Shown piece after piece: positions 37,844-47,952 of a stretch of 63,278 nucleotides of DNA (position 1 is its first letter; each line of letters opens with the position of its first letter). The stretch comes from Candidatus Woesearchaeota archaeon. Its GTDB lineage: Archaea > Nanobdellota > Nanobdellia > Woesearchaeales > GW2011-AR4. Under the pieces are notes generated by a model. The model worked only from the letters and a program-made list of their open reading frames with translations, was not told where the DNA came from and made no database searches. The DNA lies in contig JAGVXV010000011.1 of NCBI GenBank assembly GCA_018303625.1, positions 1-63,278 of the forward strand. The letters are read 5' to 3'. A program made the translations under genes and the position numbers.

Positions 37844-40360
37844 CTATTTTAGATTATTAATATCCTCAAAAAATCTCTTAATAGTCTTAACCACATGCTC
37901 AGGCTGCGTCTGGAGTATTTTTGATATTTCGCCTAAAACATCTCCTTTGAATTTTTCCTTTTTGGTTAATATTAAATCATCTTTTTTCAGTGCAATGTTC
38001 TTTTTTGCAGCTTTCTTTGTTTTTTTCCACTTCTCAAACAATTCATTTACCCTTGAAGGCAGTTCATCAATCTTGACATCAAGCAGCTTTGCTGCCTCTT
38101 CCAGGATTTTTCCCTTCTCGCCTTTTTCCTTTTCAGCGGCTTTGCCGGCTGTAAACTCAATCCTCACAATGCTGTCGCTTATTTTTGTTGATTTCAGAAT
38201 CTTTATTTCTCCTGCTTCAGACGCATTATCCAGATGGGTTCCGCCGCAAGCCTGTACATCTATGCCTTCAATCTGGACAATCCTTATATTCTTTCCAGGC
38301 ACAGCGCCTCCCTGGTAAATGACCATTCCAAATTTTTTCTCCGCTTCTGTCCTGGGATAGAATTTTTTTATTATTTTTTTATTGGAATTTACAATTTTGT
38401 TTGCTTCATTTTCAATGTTTTTCAGCTGCTCTTGGCTTAGTGATTCATAATGTGTTATATCCAAAGTTGCTTTTTCTTTAGTTTTTTTAGCACCTGCCTG
38501 GTTAATATGCTTTCCTAAAACTTTCCTTGCAGCAGCCCCTACGATATGCGTTGCTGTATGGTGCTGAGCCAGCTGCTTCCTTCTTTCAGCATCAATTTTT
38601 ACAGTTACATCATCGCCAACTTTGAAATCAGGCGTGCTGCCCAAAACATGCACAATAACATTTCCCTGCTTGAAAATATCTACTATTTCATTATTATTGA
38701 TAGAGCCAATGTCATGTATCTGGCCCCCGGAAGTGGGGTAAGCGGCAGTTTTGTCCAAAACAACGTTATTGCCGATAATTTTCAAAACCTTTGCCTCGTT
38801 TTCATTCTTTAAATATGCATCATAATACAGAGCTTCAGTCTCCTTAACCCCCTCCAAATCAAGCTTTTCTTCTTTCTTTGTTGCGTGCTCCTGCTCTTTT
38901 CTTTCATGCAGTTCTGCAATTCTCGCATAAAAATTTTCAGGCACTTCAACCTCCTTTCCAAGCTTTTCAGCCTCTTCCCTTACAAGCTCTGGAGCAATCC
39001 CGTGGCTGTCGTAAAGCATCAGTAATTTTTCGTCATTGATTTTTTCTTTGATTAATTTTGAAATTATGCTTTTTGTTTTTTCCTTAGTTGCATTGTACTT
39101 CCTATTCTCGACATCCAAAATCTCATTTACCTCGCTTAAATTTTCCCTTAATTCCGGAAACAGGTTTTTCAGATAAATTGCATGCAAATCGCATAATTCC
39201 TTCAAATCAATTTTCCAGTCGTATTTGTCAATAAAAGACAAAGCCCTCCTGAATAAAACCCTTAAATTATACCCTCCGCCGACATTTGACGGCAAAGCGC
39301 CGTCAGATAGTGCAACAAGCAAAGCGCGGGAATGCTCTGCTATGGAATACAATGCAGCCAGCTCTGAAATTTTTTTCTTCAATCCAGAGACTTCATAACC
39401 TACTTTTTCTGCGACATTTTTCCATACCTTGTCAATATCCTCTACCTCATCGACATTAAGGTAAGAAGAATATGGAAGAAATTTTTTCATTAGGTTTTCA
39501 TCAACCTCAATTCCAGTTATCTTTTTAAGCCTTTCAACAACTGTTGGAAAGGTTGTCTCGTAGCTTGTTGATTTGCCCTGGGTAAACCACGCATTCCTTT
39601 CATGGCCCATTCCCATGTCCAAAACTTTTAAATTCAATTCCTTAAATCCGGAAGGCGTAACCTCATAAAGCATGTAAACCTGGTTTCCAAGTTCTAAGCC
39701 CCTGCTGAAATACTCCATGCACGGCCCGAAGTTGCCTCCGCCTGCCCATGCATCCTCATGGAATTTTATCTCATTGTTCGGAAGACCCAGCCCTATCTTG
39801 AGCCAGTTATGTATGTCGCGGAAATGCCTTGCCTGGCTCCATTCGGATGGCTTCATGAATGCGTGCTGACCTATCATCACAAAGCATGAATAATGGGCTC
39901 CTGTTATGCCTATATTGTCAATGTCATTAAACCTGAGGCAAAGCTGCGGAACAACCAAAGGATTGGCAGGAGGCTCCACTTCCCCTGAAACAACATAAGG
40001 CTGGAAATCATAAATCGAAGCCTGGACAAAGTCTGTATCCTGGCGCCATCTTGCAGTTACCGGATACCTTTTTATCGGAGTATAGCCCCATTTCTCAAAC
40101 AGCCCTGCAAATTTTTTCCAAACCCCTATATAATCCAGTTTCTTCGTTGCAGGGCTTTTTCCTATAAACCTGAAGCCGCCTGAGCATGAAGGGTCGCCGC
40201 ATACATCATCAGCCTGAGTCGACCAGAAAAAAGTCCCGCATTTGCTGCATTTTTTCCTTGAAAATCCTTCTTCTTTCAACACACTGGTAGCGTAATATTT
40301 ATCAGGATCTTTGCTAGCTTTGAGCTTAAACTCTTTCTTAATCTCTTTGTCAGTCGGCAT
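37844..40360 (-). CDS. alaS: Alanine--tRNA ligase (archaeal type, C-terminally shortened)
   Basis: FVQASIYDFQP, HEDAWAGGGNFGPCME, DMGMGHER, AEHSRAL, QHHTATH, QACGGTH. Probable start ATG 40360; no C-terminal DHHA1 GGG motif. Confidence 0.97.
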   Translation of the reverse strand: MPTDKEIKKEFKLKASKDPDKYYATSVLKEEGFSRKKCSKCGTFFWSTQADDVCGDPSCSGGFRFIGKSPATKKLDYIGVWKKFAGLFEKWGYTPIKRYPVTARWRQDTDFVQASIYDFQPYVVSGEVEPPANPLVVPQLCLRFNDIDNIGITGAHYSCFVMIGQHAFMKPSEWSQARHFRDIHNWLKIGLGLPNNEIKFHEDAWAGGGNFGPCMEYFSRGLELGNQVYMLYEVTPSGFKELNLKVLDMGMGHERNAWFTQGKSTSYETTFPTVVERLKKITGIEVDENLMKKFLPYSSYLNVDEVEDIDKVWKNVAEKVGYEVSGLKKKISELAALYSIAEHSRALLVALSDGALPSNVGGGYNLRVLFRRALSFIDKYDWKIDLKELCDLHAIYLKNLFPELRENLSEVNEILDVENRKYNATKEKTKSIISKLIKEKINDEKLLMLYDSHGIAPELVREEAEKLGKEVEVPENFYARIAELHERKEQEHATKKEEKLDLEGVKETEALYYDAYLKNENEAKVLKIIGNNVVLDKTAAYPTSGGQIHDIGSINNNEIVDIFKQGNVIVHVLGSTPDFKVGDDVTVKIDAERRKQLAQHHTATHIVGAAARKVLGKHINQAGAKKTKEKATLDITHYESLSQEQLKNIENEANKIVNSNKKIIKKFYPRTEAEKKFGMVIYQGGAVPGKNIRIVQIEGIDVQACGGTHLDNASEAGEIKILKSTKISDSIVRIEFTAGKAAEKEKGEKGKILEEAAKLLDVKIDELPSRVNELFEKWKKTKKAAKKNIALKKDDLILTKKEKFKGDVLGEISKILQTQPEHVVKTIKRFFEDINNLK

Positions 40361-40410
40361 ATAACAGAAAGATTTCAATTTTATTTAAATATCTTTTTAT
40401 TGAAATGAAA

Positions 40411-40610
40411 GGTACTGTTAGGATAAGCCGCCGGAGATTCGCTTGCGAGCACGCTCGCAAGCTCGCGTGCAAATACCAGCAGTTTTCTTTATTTTATTTT
40501 TTAATTTTAATGTTAACAAATCCTATTGATTGAAAACTGCCCCTTACTCCATTACCACATTCTTGGCTTCCGCTCCATTAATGGCGGGCTTATCCTAACC
40601 TAACGGTATC
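40411..40610. other. 200-bp inverted-repeat-bounded, nested-stem element
   Basis: gttaggataagccgcc (40417-40432) / ggcgggcttatcctaac (40583-40599); inner gcagttttc/gaaaactgc; perfect hairpin gcttgcgagc-ac-gctcgcaagc. Confidence 0.6.
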
Positions 40611-40663
40611 AAAATGAAAAATTAGAGAAAAGTATATATATTTGAAAAAGCAGGAAATAAAAA

Positions 40664-41866
40664 ATGCCAAATGCCCTTCTTACAACATTTATGGCTCTGT
40701 TTCTTGCGTATGTGCTTTCCGGCATCTTCAGGTATTTTAAGCTCCCAAGGGTCATAGGGCAGATTTCCGCTGGCATCATTTTAGGCATTCCTATAATAAA
40801 AATTATATTCTTTAATGAGGAAATCCTGTCTGTTTTCTCTTTTATCACCAACATCGGCATAATCCTGCTGTTCTTTTTTATAGGGCTGGAAATAAATTTC
40901 CGCGAATTCAAGAAAAATTTCCGCGAATCCTCGCTCATAGCAATATTCAACACAATTATACCCCTGGCTGCTGGCTTTCTTGTAGGCAGGTATTTGTTTG
41001 GGTTTAATAGCATAACATCGATAATAATAGGCATTTCAGTCTCTGTCAGCTCGCAGGCCATCTCCCTTGACATACTGGAGGAGCTAAAGCTTTTAAAAAG
41101 CAAAATAGGAAACCTGATAGTTGCATCAGGCACGGTTGATGACGTGTTTGAGCTGCTTTTGATAAGCTCCATTTTGGTACTGTTCCACTCGGCAGCTTTG
41201 GGGCAGTTAAGTTTCTATAATCTTATTTTTGATGTGCTCCTCTACGTTCTCGTGGTGATACTATCAAGGATTTTTATTATACCCTATGCCCTGAGGATGT
41301 TTGAAAGGGAAAAGTCGCAGGCCACGCTTTTCATGGGCGCACTGCTCATAGTGCTTTTGATGGCCTATCTCTCGGAGTTTTTGGGCATAGGCTCTTTTAT
41401 AGGCGCCTTGGTGGCGGGCATGCTTGTAAGGCAGACGCTGCTTACAGGCTCTGACAGGAAGCCATGGAGAAAAAATGAGATATCCCATTCAATCCATATA
41501 ATATCTTTCGGGTTTTTGATTCCAATATTCTTTGTCAATGTCGGCTTAAACATAGACCTTGGCTCTTTGTCTTCCAACATGTTTTTGGTTGTCGTGCTTA
41601 TTGCTGTTGACATACTTGGAACCTTGCTCGGAACAGTAATAGGGGTAAGATTAAGCAAGGGAACACTGAAAGAGGGCTTGATTGTAGGCTGGGGAGTCAT
41701 CCCAAAAGGGGATACAGAGCTTATTATAGCCACACTTGCCCTTAACAATGGATTAATAAGCGTTGGCGTTTTTACTGCAATAATCACTGTTGCCATGTTC
41801 AGCACGTTTGTTGCCCCAATCGCATTTACACTGCTGGTGAAAAGGCACGCTGAAATGAGAAAATGA
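40664..41866 (+). CDS. Cation:proton antiporter (CPA2 / Na+/H+ exchanger family)
   Basis: LPRVIGQISAGIILG, FFIGLE, SGTVDD, FGFLIPIFFVNVGL, IPKGDTELIIA. Confidence 0.92.
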   Translation: MPNALLTTFMALFLAYVLSGIFRYFKLPRVIGQISAGIILGIPIIKIIFFNEEILSVFSFITNIGIILLFFFIGLEINFREFKKNFRESSLIAIFNTIIPLAAGFLVGRYLFGFNSITSIIIGISVSVSSQAISLDILEELKLLKSKIGNLIVASGTVDDVFELLLISSILVLFHSAALGQLSFYNLIFDVLLYVLVVILSRIFIIPYALRMFEREKSQATLFMGALLIVLLMAYLSEFLGIGSFIGALVAGMLVRQTLLTGSDRKPWRKNEISHSIHIISFGFLIPIFFVNVGLNIDLGSLSSNMFLVVVLIAVDILGTLLGTVIGVRLSKGTLKEGLIVGWGVIPKGDTELIIATLALNNGLISVGVFTAIITVAMFSTFVAPIAFTLLVKRHAEMRK

Positions 41867-41913
41867 TTTTTAATATGTTCTGCTCTATAAAGATAAAGTG
41901 AAGAATAAGATAA

Positions 41914-42009
41914 ATTATAGGAAATAACTTTAATTTTCGTATACATTTATTATTTCCTAATAAGCAAATCACAACGAAAAGTTACGAATATTAGTGTGAT
42001 TTGCTATAA
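41914..42009. mobile_element. 96-bp MITE-like element, copy 2
   Basis: Identical to 17419-17514, in the same orientation, between convergent genes. Confidence 0.75.
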
Positions 42010-42036
42010 TTATCCTGAATTAGCGTTAAAAGTTAC

Positions 42037-42312
42037 TTAAACCCTGTAAACCTTGTCGTGCTGCCTTACATGGTCCTTTACTTTCAGGCCAATGCTCTGC
42101 CCGGATTCTGCCTCTTTCACTTTGTCATGCTCTATCTGCATGCTCTCGACCTTTTGCTCAAAATTCGTTGTAGCGCCCTTGACCTTTATTTTATCCCCAA
42201 CTTTTAAAGTGCCGCTCAGCTCTATAACCGCAACCCCAAGCTTTCCGTAGTAATGCTCTACAATCCCTACTTCCTGGCCTTCAGCTTCTTGCTTTTTTTC
42301 TTCTTTAGCCAC
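42037..42312 (-). CDS. Translation-elongation-factor-like beta-barrel protein (EF-Tu domain II / U32 C-terminal-like)
   Basis: VGIVEHYYGKLGVAVIEL..LKVGDKIKVKG..FEQKVESMQI..GQSIGLKV. Confidence 0.85.
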   Translation of the reverse strand: MAKEEKKQEAEGQEVGIVEHYYGKLGVAVIELSGTLKVGDKIKVKGATTNFEQKVESMQIEHDKVKEAESGQSIGLKVKDHVRQHDKVYRV

Positions 42313-42458
42313 ATTCCCACCCCCTTGGAATCTTATATAATGTAGTATTTAAATTTAACGAAAATTTAGAAATAGTTTATGAATTTCACGCGAAGATGCC
42401 CAGTGGTATGGGAACTATATTCTGATAAAAAATTTAATATACCCCTTCATTATTCCAG

Positions 42459-43796
42459 ATGCAAAAAGGGGTTCTGGCCAAATTTAAAGGGATAATATCA
42501 TTGCAAATGAAAAACCTAAATGAAGTGTTAAACCCAAATCTTGTAAGGCTAGCTCCAGATCCAATTAGAAATGAGATTGCTGAATTAAATAAAAGGGGAT
42601 TTGACCCAAAACAATATCCTGAAAGAGATTTTACCATAGGAGTTCCGGCACCTTTACCAGAGGACATTGCAAAAATTTCAGCAGAGGCGGCATTAAAATT
42701 TGAATTAACAAGGCCGTATGAGTACCCGCCATTTATGGGCCATGAGCAGCTGCTTGAGCAAATTATTAGATTGGAGATAGCCAAAAAAACAGGTTTGGGC
42801 TTTGAAGACAAGGAAAGAATGGGGCTTACATTGGGGGCATCAGCTGCCCTTGAATATGTTTTCTCGTTATTTGGGCCAAATAGGATAATATTAGTGCAAT
42901 CTCCTGTATGGGGTACAACCTATAATTTTATAGCTGATTCAGGAAACATTGGCCTGCCTGAGGCGATATTTGATGAAAAAGGTAATTTTAATAAAAGAAG
43001 TATAGGTAATTTTCATTCAAAATACAGCCCTGCCGCAGTCTACATAAACCTATTGGGAAATCCAAATCCAGTGTTGCCTTCTCCGCGGGGGTTTGAAGAT
43101 TTCTTGGAATTTGTTAAAGATACTGGATGGATTATTGTATCAGATGATCCATACATTTTTACTATGTTTGACCAAGAGAAAATTTCAAGCTACTCAATAT
43201 TAAATTCTTCGGAAAAAGTAAAGGCGCGTTCAATTAAAATTGGTTCATTTTCAAAAGTAACAAAGCCTGCAGACAGGTTAGGGTATGTTGTAATAGGCAA
43301 AGAGCTGGCAGAAACCATGGGCAATGGCTGGAAAATGCGATTAAGGAATTATGGTGCAGGAACTCCAAGTGTTGTCCAGGCAAGTGTAAGTGCAATATTG
43401 GAGCATGATTCCAACTTAAACTTTTTGAAAGCCAATATTGAAAGATACCAGGAAAATATCAGAACAGCAACCGATTTCTTGGCGGAACTAGGATGTGAAG
43501 TCTCGGGAAGAAGGCCTGACGGGGCTTATTTCGTTTTTGTTAAAGCACCAAATCAGATGGATGGAAAACAATTCGCTTACCTACTGGCAGAAAAAGCAGG
43601 CTTAGGGTTTATTCCGGGATCAAGTTTTGTCCCAAGCGAAAAACATTATCTAGCAACGGAGTTTCAAGGCCAATATGGAGAAATAATAGGGCCCCATAAA
43701 GACGTCTTGATGCATGTGAGAGTAGGGCTCGGGGGAAAAGCAACGCCCGAAAATATAGAAAAAGCCTTCAAACACGCTATAAAGATTATGAATTAA
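42459..43796 (+). CDS. PLP-dependent aminotransferase, class I/II
   Basis: YEYPPFMG..L, GASAAL, GNPNP, IVSDDPY, SFSKVTKPADRLGY, GAYFVF, HVRVGL. Confidence 0.88.
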   Translation: MQKGVLAKFKGIISLQMKNLNEVLNPNLVRLAPDPIRNEIAELNKRGFDPKQYPERDFTIGVPAPLPEDIAKISAEAALKFELTRPYEYPPFMGHEQLLEQIIRLEIAKKTGLGFEDKERMGLTLGASAALEYVFSLFGPNRIILVQSPVWGTTYNFIADSGNIGLPEAIFDEKGNFNKRSIGNFHSKYSPAAVYINLLGNPNPVLPSPRGFEDFLEFVKDTGWIIVSDDPYIFTMFDQEKISSYSILNSSEKVKARSIKIGSFSKVTKPADRLGYVVIGKELAETMGNGWKMRLRNYGAGTPSVVQASVSAILEHDSNLNFLKANIERYQENIRTATDFLAELGCEVSGRRPDGAYFVFVKAPNQMDGKQFAYLLAEKAGLGFIPGSSFVPSEKHYLATEFQGQYGEIIGPHKDVLMHVRVGLGGKATPENIEKAFKHAIKIMN

Positions 43797-43814
43797 TTTT
43801 GATTGAGCGATTAA

Positions 43815-44369
43815 TTAATTGACTTCCCTCACAAGTATTGCAAAAACCAGCGTTTGATTTGCCAAAGGGTGGTTAAAGTCTATTGTAACATTCTCTTTGC
43901 CGACTTTTTTTATCAAAACAGGAACCCTGCCTTGCGGACTAACCATTATCAGCCTTGCCCCTTCCTTAATATTCCCTGTTTGATTGCCAAACTCGCTTAA
44001 GGGAATTACATTCACAGAATCTTCGTTATAAAATCCATAGCCCTTTTCTGGCGGTATTCTGGCTGTTTTTGTGTCTCCTGCCTTCATGCCTATTAAAGCC
44101 TCTTCAAATCCCACTATTACCTGGCCGCTTCCAATTGTAACCTGTATTGGCTGATACGCCCTGTTTTGATCCAGAATCCCGGCTCTTTCAGCAGCCTCCC
44201 TGATTGAAGTGTCAAACAAAGTGCCATTTAAAAAGCCGCCTGCATAATCAACAAGGACAACGCTGCCAATTTTCACAGTCTTGGCTTCTTCCTTAACCTG
44301 ATTTTGGCATCCAGCAATAAAAATTATTAAAAGAGTACCAATAACAAAAATATTTTTTAAAAAATTCAT
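43815..44369 (-). CDS. FKBP-type peptidyl-prolyl isomerase (SlyD-like), secreted lipoprotein
   Basis: IAGC lipobox, VDYAGG..GTLFDTS, GQVIVGFEEALIGMKAG, PPEKGYG, IDFNHPLA. Confidence 0.93.
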   Translation of the reverse strand: MNFLKNIFVIGTLLIIFIAGCQNQVKEEAKTVKIGSVVLVDYAGGFLNGTLFDTSIREAAERAGILDQNRAYQPIQVTIGSGQVIVGFEEALIGMKAGDTKTARIPPEKGYGFYNEDSVNVIPLSEFGNQTGNIKEGARLIMVSPQGRVPVLIKKVGKENVTIDFNHPLANQTLVFAILVREVN

Positions 44370-44408
44370 TAAATGGGGAAAATATACTGATTATATAAAA
44401 AGTTTTCT

Positions 44409-45083
44409 TTATAAGGATATTAATGTAAATAAGCCAAATAAAATAAATAATACTGCCGTAATGATTTTTATTGCTTTTCTTGGCATTTTTTCAGCAATTT
44501 TGCTTCCAATAAAAACATTCAGCCCTATTGCTGTTGCAAGCGCTGAAATAACGCCAATAAATATGACAAGTGGAACTAAATACTTGGCAGCCAACAAGCC
44601 GGATGCTATCTGCGTTTTATCCCCAAATTCGCTTAGCAGAACAGCCAAAAATGATGTTGCTAAAGGGGTTTTGCTTAAAATTTCTTTCCCTTCTTTTTTT
44701 GGTTCCCTAAAAAATTTTTCAAATTTTTTGGGCACAAAAAATCTTTGATTTTTTCGTGTTTTGCCATAGAGCTTAATGAAAGCCCACAGGCCTAAAAGTA
44801 TGAATAAAGCGCCTATAGCATATTTGATTAAATCAGAGGATAAAGAAAAGCCAAAAAACGCCCCAACTAAAATGGCAATTCCGTCCATAAATGCATGCGC
44901 CAATAACGCGCCGGAGAATACTTTAAAGGAAGATTTAAATTTCAACGCCAATCCCAGGATTACCAGCTGCGTTTTGTCAGCGATTTCGGAGACCAATGCC
45001 AATGTGAAAGCGGCAATAAAAGGTTCAATCATAGCCTTATTAAAAACAACCTCATATAAAAACTTATTTAAACTATGCGCCAT
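44409..45083 (-). CDS. TMEM165/GDT1 (UPF0016) family transporter
   Basis: Two E-x-G/A-D-K-T-Q motifs (SEIADKTQ, SEFGDKTQ). Confidence 0.93.
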   Translation of the reverse strand: MAHSLNKFLYEVVFNKAMIEPFIAAFTLALVSEIADKTQLVILGLALKFKSSFKVFSGALLAHAFMDGIAILVGAFFGFSLSSDLIKYAIGALFILLGLWAFIKLYGKTRKNQRFFVPKKFEKFFREPKKEGKEILSKTPLATSFLAVLLSEFGDKTQIASGLLAAKYLVPLVIFIGVISALATAIGLNVFIGSKIAEKMPRKAIKIITAVLFILFGLFTLISL

Positions 45084-45241
45084 TCATTATTTTCATCATT
45101 AAAAATTTTATTTAAACACTATAACAATAAATTTATACAATGAAAATACTCAATTTTCAAGTATAAATTTCCGAAAATTTTCAATTTCCGACAAATTTAT
45201 AAATCAAAAATTTTAAACTATAAAAAACGGGTGGCTTTGTT

Positions 45242-46144
45242 ATGAAAATAGGCTTTATCGGCTTGGGGAGGATGGGCTATAACATTGCCCTTAACCTTCT
45301 GGATAAGAAATATGAGGTAGTTGCCCATAACCGCTCTCCGGAGCCGGTAAGGGAAATTGCAAGAAAAGGGGCAATTCCTGCTTTCACAGCAGAAGAATTG
45401 TGCAAAAAGCTTCCAAAGCCGAAAATCATCTGGCTCATGGTGACAGCTGGCAAGCCTGTTGATGAAACCATAAAAAAATTGCTGCCTTGCCTGCAAAAAG
45501 ATGACATTCTGATTGACGGCGGCAATTCAAATTTTATAGACACTGTAAGAAGGCACGGGCAATTAAGCAAAAGAGGCATTCATTATCTTGACTGCGGCAC
45601 AAGCGGAGGCTTAAAGGGAGCCAGGTACGGGGCCTGCCTGACAATCGGGGGCAATGAGAAAATTTTCAAAAAGCTTGAAAAATTATTCAAGGATATTGCA
45701 GCGGAAAATGGCTATTTATATACCGGCCCAAGCGGCTCAGGGCATTTTGTGAAAATTGTGCATAACGGGATAGAATATGTGATGCTGGAAGCTTTAGGCG
45801 AGGGATTTGACGTCTTGAATGCGGGCCCTTACAATTTAAACTTCAGGGAGATTGCAGATGTCTGGAGCCACGGCAGCATTATCCGCTCTTACCTGACAGA
45901 GCTTGCAGTCGAAGCCTTCAAAAAAGACCCAAAATTAAAAAAAATAAGGGGCGTTGTAGGGGGCGGTGAAACAGGAGCATGGGTTGCACAATACGCAAAA
46001 AAATGGAATGTTGCTGTCCCTGCCCTGGAGACAGCGTTAAAAATGAGGAAATTGTCAAGCAAAAAAGAAAGGTTTTCCGGGAAAGTAATTGCGGCTTTAA
46101 GGAATGAATTTGGCGGCCATGAGGTTGTAAAGAACAAGAAGTAA
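45242..46144 (+). CDS. gnd: 6-phosphogluconate dehydrogenase (decarboxylating, short type)
   Basis: GFIGLGRMG, WLMVTAG, IDGGNS, DCGTSGG, GHFVKIVHNGIEY, LRNEFGGH. Confidence 0.95.
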   Translation: MKIGFIGLGRMGYNIALNLLDKKYEVVAHNRSPEPVREIARKGAIPAFTAEELCKKLPKPKIIWLMVTAGKPVDETIKKLLPCLQKDDILIDGGNSNFIDTVRRHGQLSKRGIHYLDCGTSGGLKGARYGACLTIGGNEKIFKKLEKLFKDIAAENGYLYTGPSGSGHFVKIVHNGIEYVMLEALGEGFDVLNAGPYNLNFREIADVWSHGSIIRSYLTELAVEAFKKDPKLKKIRGVVGGGETGAWVAQYAKKWNVAVPALETALKMRKLSSKKERFSGKVIAALRNEFGGHEVVKNKK

Positions 46145-46164
46145 AATAAGAAAAATAAAAATCA

Positions 46165-46247
46165 TTTGCACTTTCACATTTAATTTTTCACAGGTGGGTG
46201 GAGGGCGTTGCAAAAAACATCAAGCGCAAAGAAATTTTACCCTCCCT
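46165..46247 (+). ncRNA. Pseudoknot-family element, copy 5 (between gnd and zwf)
   Basis: tttgcactt/aagcgcaaa interleaved with ggaggg/ccctcc, same spacing as the other copies, then a U-tract. Confidence 0.6.
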
Positions 46248-46390
46248 TATTTTTTAGTTTGAAGCCAAGTTTCAAGAAAACGGAAAAAATCAATAATAAA
46301 AATAAAATAAAAAACGCAAACAATAAACAAAATTAACAGTAAGATATAATCAGCATAAAAATTAAAAAAATTGGCAAAAAACCTACAAAA

Positions 46391-47930
46391 AATGCAACAA
46401 AGCAACCATAATGCGTGTATTCTTGTAATCTTTGGCGCAACAGGCGACCTGACAAGCAGGAAATTGATGCCGGCTTTATACGACTTGGAATTCAAAAATG
46501 CATTGCACGGGCATTTCAGGGTTATAGGCTTTGCCAGAAGGAAAAAAACAAATGAGGAATACAGAAAGGAAATTTTTGATTCAATAAAAAAATTCTCCAA
46601 GATGAAGGTAAAAAATGATGTCTGGGAAAGGCTCAGGGACAAAATCCATTACCATCAGTCAGAATTCCGGGATTTTGACGGATATATGAGGCTTGACAGA
46701 TTTATTGAAAAAATAAGCGGGCAAAAATCGAAAAACTGCAACAAGGTTTTTTACCTTGCCGCCTCCTCGGAATTTTTTGAAGTTATTGTGGACAACCTGA
46801 AAAAAGCCGGATTGGCATTTAAGGGCAGCAGGGAGCCTTACCATAGGGTTGTTTTTGAAAAGCCTTTTGGCAACAATCTGAAATCCGCGGCAAAATTAAA
46901 TGATATAATCGGGAAGTCTTTTGATGAGGAGCAGATTTTCAGGATTGACCACTATCTTGCCAAGGAATTGGTGCAAAACCTGCTTGTTTTGAGATTTGCT
47001 AACAGCATGTTTGAGCCTTTATGGAACTACAAATACATCGATCATGTGCAGATTACCGTTGCAGAGGATTTAGGTGTCGAGAAGAGGGGTTCTTATTATG
47101 ACAAGGCTGGGGCTTTGCATGATGTAATGCAGAATCATATGCTGCAATTAGCCTCTTTAGTTGCAATGGAATTGCCTGTAAGCCTGAATGCAGCCGACAT
47201 AAAGGAAGAAAAAGTCAAGGTTTTAAGGTCTATAGAGCCTTTTTCTGTTAAAGAAGTGCACAATATCACGGCAAGAGGCCAGTATGGCGAGGGAAAAATA
47301 AGCGGCAAAAAGGCGGCAGCTTATAAAGATGAAGAGGGCGTTGGCAAAAAATCTTATACAGAAACATTTGCAGCATTAAAGCTGAAAATAGACAATTTGC
47401 GCTGGACAGGTGTCCCGTTTTACCTGAGGACTGGGAAAAGATTGAGGGAGAGGGTTGCAGAAATCTACGTAGTGTTCAAGCAGAGCACTCCTGTTTTGTT
47501 TCACGAGCATCTGAAAAATTCGGAATTGAATATGCTGATAGTAAGGATTCAGCCTGAAGAGGGCATTTCACTGCAGTTTAATGCGAAAGTGCCGGGGGCC
47601 AAAATTCTCATCGAGCCTGTAAGGATGGACTTTTGCCATGAATGCAAATTCGGCCCTAACACCCCTGAGGCTTATGAAAGGCTGCTTAATGATGTCATGC
47701 TTGGCGACTCCACATTGTTTACGAGCTGGGGCGAGGTGGAAAATTCATGGAAGCTGATTGATACAATAACCAAAGCCTGGCAGGGCAAAAAGCCTAAGTT
47801 TCCCAACTACGAGGCAGGAAGCTGTGGCCCTAGGGAAGCAGACGCCTTAATAGAGAAAGATGGGAGAAAATGGATAGAGCCGCAGAAGCCGAGCTATTCG
47901 GTTTTGCTGGAGAACAACCATAAAAAATAG
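46391..47930 (+). CDS. zwf: Glucose-6-phosphate 1-dehydrogenase
   Basis: IFGATGDL, VVFEKPFG, RIDHYLAKE, QNHMLQ, RWTGVPFYLRTGK, PEAYERLL. ATG 46391 preferred over TTG 46371. Confidence 0.97.
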
Positions 47931-47952
47931 CCCCGATATCAAATTAAAAATT

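Noticed and set aside
40411-40610. Possible RNase P or SRP RNA (ggcgggcttat resembles the RNase P 3' motif)
   Set aside because: No GAGGAAAGUCC, ACAGAA, P2/P3 or SRP helix-8 motif; kept only as an unassigned element.
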